DNA of 64,000 bases from Podarcis bocagei. Taxonomy: Eukaryota. How positions within the stretch are numbered: the first letter of the stretch is position 1; each line of letters starts with the position of its first letter. Where the stretch lies: assembly GCA_964188305.1 (NCBI GenBank), contig OZ076885.1. One strand, 5' to 3'. Below are positions 13,737 through 24,085 of the stretch, piece after piece. The notes under the pieces were generated by a model that saw nothing but the letters and a program-made list of their open reading frames with translations, did no database searches and was not told the origin of the DNA. Position numbers and translations under genes: made by a program.

Positions 13737-13981
13737 CAGCGGTACCTCAGGTTAAGAACTTAATTCGTTCTGGAGGTCCATTCTTAACCTGAAACTGTTC
13801 TTAACATGAGGTACCACTTTAGCTAATGGGGCCTCCTGCTGCTGCTGCAGCACTGCCGCCATGCGATTTCTGTTCTCATCCTGAAGCAAAGTTCTTAACA
13901 AGAGGTACTATTTCTGGGTTAGCAGAGTCTGTAACCTGAAGCGTCTGTAACCTGAAGCATCTGTAACCCGAGGTACCACTG
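13737..13981 (-). mobile_element. Tigger/pogo-like TcMar MITE, family A, full length
   Basis: TA|CAGCGGTACCTC ... GAGGTACCACTG|TA terminal inverted repeats with TA TSD. Confidence 0.92.
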
Positions 13982-14305
13982 TACTAAGAAATACATATCC
14001 CTTAATGGTGCAATCCTGCACCTGCTTACCGAGACACAAATCAGGCTTACTCCCAGGCAAGTGGGTATAGGGCAGGGGTCTGCAACCTTTAAGACAAAAA
14101 GAGCCACTTGGACCCGTTTCCGAAAAAACAACAACAACTGGGAGCCGCAAAAACATTGCAACATTTAAAACAAATATAACACTGCATATATTGTTTCTGG
14201 CCTTAATGCTATATATACAGGATCGTGCAGTCAGCTGTCAATCTCAAGAAAAAAGGACAAATTAATAGCTAATTAAAATATTTAATTTACAACCAGGTAA
14301 CCAGG

Positions 14306-14476
14306 TTAATGGGACTTTTGCTCCTGAACCTCAGTGCTCAGTGTCTGCACATCAGGGCTGTAAGACGTCACCTTCATTTTCACACAGGCTTGCAAGCTGT
14401 TATCTGTGAGGCGTGATCGGTGTTTGTTTTTAATATAGTTCATGTTGGAGAAGACCTGCTCACATACATATGTGGA
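14306..14476 (-). pseudogene. hAT transposase C-terminal (dimerisation domain) remnant
   Basis: STYVCEQVFSNMNYIKNKHRSRLTDNSLQACVKMK... fits the hAT Charlie-type motif (S)TYxCEQxFSxMxxxKxxxRSRLTD and ends at a stop codon. Confidence 0.9.
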
Positions 14477-14615
14477 AGAGACCACAAGGGCCATCGAGTC
14501 CAACCCCCTGCCAAGCAGGAAACACCATCAGAGCACTCCTGACATATGGTTGTCAAGCCTCTGCTTAAAAGACCTCCAAAGAAGGAGACTCCACCACACT
14601 CCTTGGCAGCAATTC
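14473..14615 (-). mobile_element. CR1 3'-region fragment inside the hAT element
   Basis: The reverse complement contains TTAAGCAGAGGCTTGACAACCAT...CAGGGGGTTGGACTCGATGGCCCTTGTGGTCTCTTCCA, the same CR1 3' pattern as at 56670-56770. Confidence 0.8.
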
Positions 14616-14694
14616 ACCAAACTTTCACCTGCTTAAGTTTAAAAAGGGGCTTCAAGCAACTAAAAAGGGGCTTCAGGCAACTAACTCCACGTGG

Positions 14695-15056
14695 AATTCC
14701 ACGCGACCGCGACTGCATAACCAATGCCACAAAATGCCAAAGAAAATTAACCAGGGCCCCAGTGAACCATAAATCATAATCAGTGCCTGATGTAAATAAT
14801 AATTAATAATGAGGGCCCAATGTCATCCTCGTCATTATAAAAATAATCCCTCTCTTCGTGCCGCCCAGCCTCCCAAGAAAAAAACCCCACTTCAAACGGT
14901 CACAAAGCACAAATTCCACGCGACCGCGACTTGCTATGCCCAATAATCAATGCCCCAAAATGCCATAGAAAATTAATCAGGGCCCCAGTGTACCATAAAT
15001 CATAATCAGTGCCTGATGTAAATAATAATAATGAGGCATTCGTCATTATAAAAATA
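14695..15056 (+). repeat. Two ~150-bp direct repeats (period 217) inside the hAT element, preceded by a 21-bp tandem duplication at 14641-14682
   Basis: AATTCCACGCGACCGCGACT...CCATAAATCATAATCAGTGCCTGATGTAAATAATAAT...GTCATTATAAAAATA starts at both 14695 and 14912. Confidence 0.9.
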
Positions 15057-15440
15057 CTGTATTTTTCGCCCCATAGGACGCTCCATCCCATAGGACGCAC
15101 CTAGTTTTTTTTGGGGGGGGAAATAAAGGGGAAAAAATTTCCCTTTATTTCCCCCCCAAAAGCAGGTCGGGGAAACTGAACCAGGTCGAGGAACAGCGGG
15201 ATGGCGGCGCTGCGCCTCCCTGCTGTCCCCCGAGCTTGTGGGGCTGGCCGATGTCTGCCCTGCGCGAGGGGCGCTCTGCATCAGGGCGCCCCCCCTGCGG
15301 GGCGGCAGGCTGCTATCCGCAGCGTGGGGAGCCTTGCCGGGAAGTCCGGCAAGGCTCCCCACGCTGCGGATGTCTGCCTGGCGAGGGGGGCGCTCTGCTT
15401 TAGGGCGCCCCGCCCGCCGGGCGGCAGGCTGCTCACCTCC
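15057..15440 (+). mobile_element. Left half of a Tc2-like TcMar MITE nested in the hAT element
   Basis: TA|CTGTATTTTTCGCCCCATAGGACGC matches the left end of the full copy at 21162; no right TIR; GC-rich palindromic interior. Confidence 0.85.
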
Positions 15441-18400
15441 GCCCCTCGCCTCCTCCCCTCGCCTCCGTCCCTCGCCTCCTCCCCTCGCCACCGCCCCGGA
15501 GCCGCAGCAAAGACTTTAAAGAGCCGCATGCGGCTCTGGAGCCGCAGGTTGCCGACCCCCGGTATAGGGTGACACTCTTGGATGTGCCTAAAACAGCCGC
15601 TGCCTGTAAGATTCAGAGGAGAAGAGTTGATTTGGCAGGCACTGAGTACACCAAGGAGTGGAATCTTTTAAAGGTGAGGCCCTGAAAGGAAATTGATTTG
15701 AGTTTCGTCCTTTATTAATTGTACAAACTGGGGAGATCAAATTCCTCCTTTAGAGTTATCTGCAATTAAACATTGGGGAGCTTCTGTGGTTATTAGACCC
15801 GCAAGTCTTGTTGTGCATTAGCTCCTGCCATGACACGTTGTCTGTGTCTGTGCTTTGGCGTGCACAACATCTGAAGGCATACGGAGCCCTAGTGTAAGGG
15901 CTGGGACCTTATTAACATATGCAAGTGTTTTCATCGCACCTACACTCATGCTATCAGCAGACACGCACACCAGGCATATTAATTCATCTCCATTTGCTCA
16001 TTTATTCCCTTTGAACTGGGATGACCTACATTCAAAGCTCTCTTCCTCCCCGTGATTCATGTCTGTTCCGAGCAACAGCTGGGTGCAGAGTGATTAGTTC
16101 CCCCAGGAAGGGCAAAAGGCACTTCAGACTTGGCAAGGGGTAGGACAATGGCTCAGATTCACTGCTGAGCTTTGGGTGAGTATGGGTGTCGGTCCCCGTC
16201 CCCCCCCCCCACCGCAAAGTCTGTGTGGCTGACTGACGAAAAAGGAAAGGGGGGGGGGGGAGTGCCCAAGCAGGGAATAAACACATTGTAATTCATAACT
16301 CAAAGGGCAGATATGACTTGCATGTTAAAGTCCCAAGCAAAGAGGAGGAATCATAACAGTGTCTCTAGTCTCGTGAACTAAGTAAAGTTAGAAATCAGAA
16401 CATGCTTGCTGGCATTCTCTCGGCTGGGTCTTTTTGTCAGCCTTATCCCAGGTGCAGGTTTGACATTTTAAGAAGCAAAATTAATAGTAATTGCAAAACA
16501 ATGTATAAACAGTAAAAGTCTCTAACAAGATTCAAGCTCCAACTTTATCCACTACATTCAGCGGTAGGCAAGGGACAGTCATGGATTGTCCCCAGCTTGC
16601 CAAAGGTTTTCTGTAATTCTGCAAGGTCCCGTCCCACTGCTACTTTTGTGTCATAGCTCCAGGAGAGTTTTTTGGTGGGGGCTGGGAGTGGGGAGGAAAA
16701 GGGAAGAATGTTTCTCAGTTAGATATTTCCCCCCCGGCTATCTTTAACATGTATGGGATCCAAGGGTTTTCCGAACCTCTTGGGCCAGAGGGCACATTGG
16801 GAATTTTGAGAGAGTGCCGTGGGCACCAGTCACAAAATGGCTGCTGTGGGAGTGTGGAAGAGCACAAAATGGCTTCCATGGGGACAGATCCACATTGTGC
16901 TGGATCTTCTCACAAATGCAATTATTGCTTGTGGAGCACACTGTATGAAATACAACACTATGGGGGGGGTATTCACCTGGGAAGCTTTGTCAGTCAAAGC
17001 TCTGCACAAGGACTTCCCATTATCAATGGGTATTTTCCTCCCCCTTGCCCCTGCCACCCCCTGTATTTGGCTTGGGGGGCAGTCAGAAGAACACCCAGAA
17101 CAGTGCCTGAGGGAGGAGAGGGGGATTGCTGAAATGCTTGTGCAGATGGAACATTCTTAATAGTGCAGCACTGAATGCCACCCCGTAAGTTCCTTGTTTA
17201 TAATGCGAGTTCATTCTACATGTCACTTGTTAATGCAATAAAAAGTGACATCTGAAAGTCGCCACCTCAGATCCATCCATACACCCTTGCACTGACAGCT
17301 ATGAGCAGACAGTGGGTGATTCCTTCCACACCCGCAAACTTCATTTGCTGGCCCCTTAGTTTCAAAAATACATTCACAGTCCCTTCTGCTGGAACCAGGT
17401 GTGCATGGCAGTTCTATAATAATGACCAGCAGGGTTGATTTTACCTTAAAATATTGTCACTGTTTGTCCTTAGTCAGTAAGCTGCACCTGTCTAAATCTA
17501 AGAAGGAAAGAGGGGGCAGACGTAGTCTGCTTTTCTAGTCCTTCTTACCCTCCTAACCCTAAAATCTACATACGTCTGTCTACGTCTGGCTTCAGCCCCA
17601 ATGGTTCCTGATAGGCACCCCAAGGTGCATAACATGAACTCCTCACTGAATGCAGTTCCCATAATGGAACTGAAATGGCCTCAAGAGTGTTGAGGGGATG
17701 CTAGTGCACGCATGTTTGTGTAAGTGTGACAGTGGTAAAGGCAGAGGCAGCCAGGTATGAGAGGCTTCTGGTGCCTCCATCACGAGTGCTGTTCTATATC
17801 CCCTGCCATCACTGACGCTCTGCCTCTCACTGTGTTTCATTGCCAGGTGGTGTCCCCTCTTTCTGCTTCTCTCCCTGCACTTTTGTGCCTAGTTTGCACC
17901 CCACTTTCTCATGCTATCCCCAGGAAGGCAAACCGTTCAGCCTGCACCCTGAATCTATTCAAGGTAGCAGTGAAGATAGTAGTATTTACTGAAAAGTTGT
18001 ATATGGAGCTACTCAGATGCACATGTGCACACTAAGAATTAACACTTAAAAACAAAAAAGACTATCATTAATATGACCTTTAGGTTGCTGGTTCTGCATG
18101 ACTAGAGCTACTTTCACCAAAATAGTAATAATACTGTCTGTTGGTTCACAAGACACGACCAGTAGCAGTAAAATGCAATAACTCAAAGTCGGCACAAAAT
18201 TGGTTTGAGAAAGCTCAGAATAAAGTGCTCTGTACACAGGGTTGAGTACTCAACCATAGCTTCCTAATATGCACTAACCCAGAAACTAGTCAATGGTTTC
18301 AAAACAACTCAGGATGTGAAGCCATGGTTTAAAGTGGACTGTTTGTCTTGGGATGGATCTACACACAGGAAGAAAACTACTATAAATAAGTCAGAAATTA

Positions 18401-20587
18401 AATTGCTATAACAAAAGAAAAACACTATGGAAAAATGCTTAGAATTTTCTTTGCTCTCCAATGCCATTTGGTGTTGCATGTTTATAACACATTCAGAACA
18501 CTGTTTTTTGACTAAGGTAGCTGAGTCCTTGGCTTGCTTTGAAGCATACTAACAGGAAGCTATAGTTAAGGGCTGGTTATTTGGGCTTGTTTTGCTGTTT
18601 ACACAAAGGGAGGGGTGAAGGGACTGCCTGCAGGTGCAGACCACTTGTGTGTCTCAGACAATATTTTTGGCTTAGCACTACATGCAAACATGGCTAATGT
18701 CAACATTTGTGAGATAAAGGCAGTCGCCTCTATGCTGGCACTGTGTTTATAGAGCTTTACAAGCACTTAGGTATACAGCACGTCTCTTGCTCGTCCAGTG
18801 GCGGAAAGGCCTCATGCTCCATTTGCCAGTGTGGATTTCAGACGAAAGGACTGTTGGCATTTTGTTCAGGAGCCAAATAAAATTCAGTTGGACTGATTGA
18901 ATTTTTGCACTAACCGCATTCCTTCAACTCCAGGGCTCTGAAATCAATTTGAACTGACAAGATCTTCAGCAGTGTGTTCTTTGCCTGCCTGCTGCTTGGG
19001 ACTTGCTTCACAAATGGCATCAAATCCGGCCCATCCCAGCATGTGAATAAAAAGATTAGCATATCCCAAGGAAGAGCAAAATGCAGGCCTCATTTGCCCG
19101 AATGGAACATCCTCCACTGACAAAACCATAGTTTAGCATTATGTGTGAACTGTCCACATGCTGATCTTTATACTTTTGCAGGCTATATGTGCTTCTTCCT
19201 CATGGGCTCTTACTGCAACCCAATTATTTAAAAGACAGGGCAAGAGGAACCTGATTTTCCAAGCTTTTGTCCTATATCCTGTAATTTGAAACAAGCTAAA
19301 ACTGTGCCTATTCCAGCAGAAATAAAAAAAAAAAATCCTTCTAGCAATACTGTGTATTCTTGGTAGCCATAGAAACTACCCAATCCCACATCAACTCTTA
19401 CTGAGGTGAGATTCTAAAAAGCAAATAAATAACCAAAAACATCTGCAGCAAACAATGCCACCCATTTCAAGATACATGTTTTATCTAGTTGCCTGGGGCA
19501 CCACATCCAAAAGCCTGCCTTCCAAAAAGAAAGACACAGTAGCTTTTAGATCTCCCTGCAGTTACGCAAAGGCCTTTCATCATCAAAATAGTTTGTATGC
19601 CACACACACATGGTAAATTAATGTCTCTGGAAAGCTGCATTGCTCTCTCAAATAAGGGCCACATTCAGAAGGTAAAATGCAAAAACGGAGTCTGTCATGT
19701 AACTGAGTTATTTTGAAAGCATTTTAACAAGAAACGGGTTTTGGATGTCTGTCCTTGGGTTTAACGGGAGATTTTGGAAGTCAGTTTACAGTGGGTTAAA
19801 TGGAAAGACATATTATAGGAGCTCAGATTTGCCAATAATACTTTGTTGTCTTCATGAAATGTTTTCAGTCTGAAATTAATAATGAATATATTGCCCAGAT
19901 CAAAAGATATACCTCACAAAAGTGCCATCCTCATTAAAACTGTGTCCCAGACACCAGCTCAAGTTACAGCCTGACACCCTTCCAAGCTGCACTTTTAACC
20001 TTCACCCAATTAAATCCTGTGGACAAACAAAAAAAAAGGAAACTACAATCTTATATACACCTACTTCAGAATAAGCATGGATAAAATCAGGCTGTAAATG
20101 TATTAACCAAAGTACTATTCCCCTTCTGGATGAACTGTGGAACATATAAAAACTGTTTTCAACAGAACATGTAAAAACTGTTTTCACACAGCTGGAAGCA
20201 CAGCAAATATTGCGGAATAGACACATTGAAAGCCAGTGTAAAGAAAATAATTGACAAGCAAGCAAGTGGTCTTCAATTACACTATGTGAAATTCTATTAT
20301 TATCTTTCCCTCTGACAATGTTCTGGAAGAAATGTTTCTTGTACTAATCAATCAGAAATGGTGATGTGTTGGGAATTAAATATATTTCTACCTGGCGGTG
20401 TAAATTTGTTCCAATACTGCACAGGGTGGCCCTACTTGCACTATGCATTTAAAGCAGTATCATGCCACTTTAAACAGTCATGGTTTCCTCTCAATAATCC
20501 TGGGCACTGTAGTTTATTAAGGGTGCTTAGAGTTGTTAGGAGACCCCTGTTCTCCTCACAGAGCTGCAATTTGTGGAGTGCTTTAAC

Positions 20588-20840
20588 CAGGGATCAGCAA
20601 ACATTTTCAGCAGGGGGCCGGTCCACTGTCCCTCAGAACTTGTGGTGGGCCGGACTATATTTTGGAAGGGGGAAAATGAACGAATTCCTATGCCCCACAA
20701 ATAACCCAGAGATGCATTTTAAATAAAAGCGCACATTCTACTCATGTAAAAACACGCCGATTCCCTGATCGTCTGTGGGCCGGATTGAGAAGGCGATTGG
20801 GCTGGATCTGGCCCCCGGGGCCTTAGTTTGCCTACCCATG
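20588..20840 (+). mobile_element. hAT MITE, family B (253 bp), nested in an older repeat (~20425-20880)
   Basis: CAGGGATCAGCAAAC ... GTTTGCCTACCCATG; 8-bp TSD GCTTTAAC/GTTTTAAC; sister copy at 49846. Confidence 0.88.
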
Positions 20841-21161
20841 GTTTTAACAGTCAAATCCTCTACCCAGGGAACTTTGGTTACTGACTCCTGCTTAAAAAAA
20901 AAGGCAAGCCTACCCACATATGTAATTTTATTGTGTATATTTGTTGTTTAAAATCTATATTTTGATAATGTAGCAGTAATATTATTGATGCACACAGAGA
21001 CCTATAAGCTCAGCTAACTGGTCAGGCTAGAGGCCTTGTGCCTTATCTTGTGCTGGGAGCAGCTTTTCTCCCAAGGTTGTAAGCACATTCCTAGGTGCCT
21101 ACATATGAAGGGAGACGTGCCTACTGTTTAGAGAGTTCTTTGTTCGCTTGATCAGTGAATA

Positions 21162-21839
21162 CCGTATTTTGCGCCCCATAGGACGCTCCGGCCCATAGGA
21201 CGCACCTAGTTTTTTGGGGGGGAAATAAAGGAAAAAAAATTATTTCCCCCCCCCAGGTGCGGGGCTGGAAGAACCAGGTCGGGGAACAGTGGGAAGGCAC
21301 GCTCTGCCTCCCCGCTGTCCCCCGAGCTTGTGGGCACGGCAGGCAGCTCTACGCCGCCATCCCGAGCGGGGCGGGACTTAGCGCCCCGCTCCGGATGGCA
21401 GCGCAGATCTGCCTGCAGTCCCGGGACTGCAGGCAGCTCTGCGCCGCCATCTGGAGCGGGGCGGGCTTCGCCCCCGGCTCCCGGTGGCCACGCAGAGCTG
21501 CGCTGATCCCGGGACGGCAGGCAGCTCTGCACCGCCATCCGGAGCGGGCGGGACTTAGCGCCCCGCTCCTGATGGCCGCGCAGAGCTGCGCTGATCCCGG
21601 GACGGCAGGCAGCTCTGCACCACCATCCGGAGCGGGGGGGACTTAGCGCCCCGCTCCCGATGGTCGCGCAGAGCTGTGCTGAGCCGGGGACTGCAGGCAG
21701 CTCTGCGCAACCCTCGGAGCCGGTCTCCCGAGGGTTGCGCAGAGCTTCCTGAAGCCTGCATTCGCCCCATAGGATGCACCCAGATTTCCCCTTCATTTTT
21801 GGAGGGGGAAAAGTGCATCCTATAGGGTGAAAAATACGG
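21162..21839 (+). mobile_element. Tc2-like TcMar MITE (678 bp) with an internal GC-rich hairpin array
   Basis: TA|CCGTATTTTGCGCCCCATAGGACGC ... GCATCCTATAGGGTGAAAAATACGG|TA. Confidence 0.92.
21341..21750. repeat. Tandem array of ~88-bp palindromic units (4 full plus 1 short)
   Basis: AGGCAGCTCT recurs at 21341, 21431, 21519, 21607 and 21695; each unit is GCAGCTCTGC..CCATCCGGAGCGGGGCG-loop-CGCCCCGCTCC..ATGG..GCAGAGCTGC. Confidence 0.93.
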
Positions 21840-22103
21840 TAGTTAATGAAAGAAAGACCATGCATGGTATAATTAGTATTGTGTTGTAACTTTAGAGTGG
21901 AGGAAGTTTATGCATATGTATTGTTTTAACAGATAACAGCTATGTATATTAGCAGGCCCCACCCTTTGGGGCTTGCTCAGCTTTTGGAGAGTTATTCCGC
22001 TGAGCCTTTATTGCTAGCAATAAACACCCTTTTGTTATTCCTCAACGCTGCTGGAGTTTTTCCTTTCAGCCCAGATGTTTATTTTGCTACATTATTATTA
22101 TAT

Positions 22104-22345
22104 CAGTCATACCTTGGTTCTCAAACGTAATCCGTTCTGGAAGTCGGTTCAACTTCCAAAAATATTAAAAAACCAAGGCGTGGCTTCTGATTGGCTGCAG
22201 GAGCTTCCTAAACTCAATCAGAAGCTGCATTGGACATTTGGCTTCCAAAAATAGTTTGCAAACTGGAACAGTCACTTCAAGGTTTGCAGCATCCAGGAGC
22301 CAAAACGTTTGAGAACTAAGCTGTGCGAAAACCAAGGTACGGCTG
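22104..22345. mobile_element. Tigger-like MITE, family C
   Basis: TIRs CAGTCATACCTTGGTT / AACCAAGGTACGGCTG. Confidence 0.8.
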
Positions 22346-22358
22346 TGTTGTTGTTGTT

Positions 22359-22360
<2 letters not shown>

Positions 22361-22409
<49 letters not shown>

Positions 22410-22558
22410 TATTTATACCCCGCCCTCCCCAGCCAAGACCGGGCTCAGGGCAGCTAACAACCAATAATAAAAACAAGTTGATTAAAATACAATTTAAAAA
22501 AGATTAAAATACAACATTAAAACATTAGGATGCAGCCTCTTCACAGGAGGAGAAAGGA
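22361..22558 (-). mobile_element. LINE (L2-type) 3' end with (ATT)n tail; a second L2-type 3' fragment follows at ~22563-22620
   Basis: (AAT)15 followed by ATTTATTTATACCCCGCCCTCCCCAGCC.., the reverse complement of the GGGCGGGGTATAAATAAAT tail. Confidence 0.7.
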
Positions 22559-23831
22559 ACAGTTTTATTTGTACCCTGCCCATCTGACTGGTTGCCCCAG
22601 CCACTTTGGGTGGCTTCCATGTTTACTGTTTTAAAGGTGCTTTTTACTGCTATTTTGCTGAATATTTTATAACATTTTATGTAAATCACTTAGAGAAATT
22701 TTATTGATATAAGCAATATTTTAAATCTTGTTAAATAAATAAGCATCTAAGCATATGTCCCTTTTGAACGTATGAACAACAGGTGTGACATATGCTTCTC
22801 AACCATGCGAGTTGTACTCCAAAACTTCTGAAGGGCACCAGGTTAGCAAAGGCAGCAACAAGTGGTGGTGATGAATGGAAGTAGCAGCTGCAGGAAACCT
22901 CAGCCATTTTACCCTTTCATGCCCATACCATTACAAGAGCTAGAGTGTTCTAAGACTTTGCTACATTTTCTCTTAATAATTCGTTTTCTGTTCTTGCAGA
23001 GTCACAAACAATTGTGGGAGCTAACAACGAAGGCTGCCTACTTGCAGGCCCCAGGGGATAATGCAGAGTGCAGAGAGGGCTTAGAAATTCTTTTGCAATA
23101 TTAAAGAACTGCCACATTCTATCTCTGAGGTGATTTCATTATAGATGTAGGAGAAATCATCCCAATATCCTTTGGGGACTCAATATCTGGAAAGATGCTG
23201 AGCAGAACACAAAACCCCTTCTATTGACCAACATGCATTACTCTGTGAAGGGAACACGACGTCTTGGAATTGTTTATATTCACTCCACAATTTTTCCACT
23301 TTGGTTGCCTGGCCTAATACTTATTTTCTGTTTGGACTGAAGGAAATAAGCAACCAGCTAGGAGCTCTGGCAGACCAGGCAGAGATTTAACGTCTTAAGA
23401 ACAGAATAGCACACCGCTTTTTGCAAAAAATAAAAATAAACGATTCGAAATTGAGTGCAACGGAAAACACCTTTCATTTCTGGCCACAGATTGAGACAGT
23501 CTTGAGGGGGCAACCTCAGGCAGCCAATTAAGACTGTTAAATCATCAGCTATTTATCAGGAGGAGGGCTATTTGGATTTCCCACCTCAAGTACCAAAATT
23601 ACTTGGCTTTGCTTTTGTTTTATTTTTGACCTAATTTATAACAAGAGAAAGGGAAACATTAAGGTCATTATTTGGACTTTCCACAGGAAAGTGGATTTCT
23701 GAAGTTGCCTCCACTTGGACTGGTAGGACAGAAGGCTCAGAGGCCAACCATAGGTGAAGCCAGAGCTACTTGCAAGTGGTGCTAACAAGTTCTAGTTTTG
23801 CCCTTATCATCTTCCTCAGTCACCACACCGA

Positions 23832-24085
23832 GGGCTCATCCACACTTTGCCCCCTTGCACTTTCTAGATACAGGCCTGCACTTTCCTTGTCTGTTTCCAA
23901 CCACTTTCCCCAAGAAAAACCATTCTTTAGTGCTGAATTGGAACAAACAGGCACATGGGTTTTCTGTGGATTCCTGAGAGCATTAAAGAACGGGGGGGTT
24001 TTGTGGGGAAAGTGCTCGGACATGGACCGGAAAAGTGTGGACCTGTGCCTAGAAAGTGCAGAGGGAAATTACTGTGGATGAGCCC
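23832..24085. mobile_element. PIF/Harbinger-like MITE
   Basis: Perfect inverted ends GGGCTCATCCACA / TGTGGATGAGCCC with 3-bp flanks CGA/TGA; interior related to 50496-50757. Confidence 0.7.

Larger units (their letters stand above)
14073..15561 (-). mobile_element. Composite non-autonomous hAT (Charlie/SPIN-like) element, 1489 bp
   Basis: TIRs CAGGGGTCTGCAACCT / AGGTTGCCGACCCCCG; perfect 8-bp TSD GTATAGGG (14065-14072, 15562-15569); sub-terminal GAGCCGCATGCGGCTC palindrome; contains a transposase remnant. Confidence 0.9.

Noticed and set aside
21341-21750. CRISPR-like regularly spaced palindromic repeats
   Set aside because: There are no unique spacers, the whole unit is repeated, there are no cas genes, and the array lies within a eukaryotic TcMar MITE.
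21206-21865. 219-aa ORF and other long ORFs here and at 15006-15572
   Set aside because: These are by-products of GC-rich palindromic repeats (few stops, the same peptides on both strands) with no recognisable domain.
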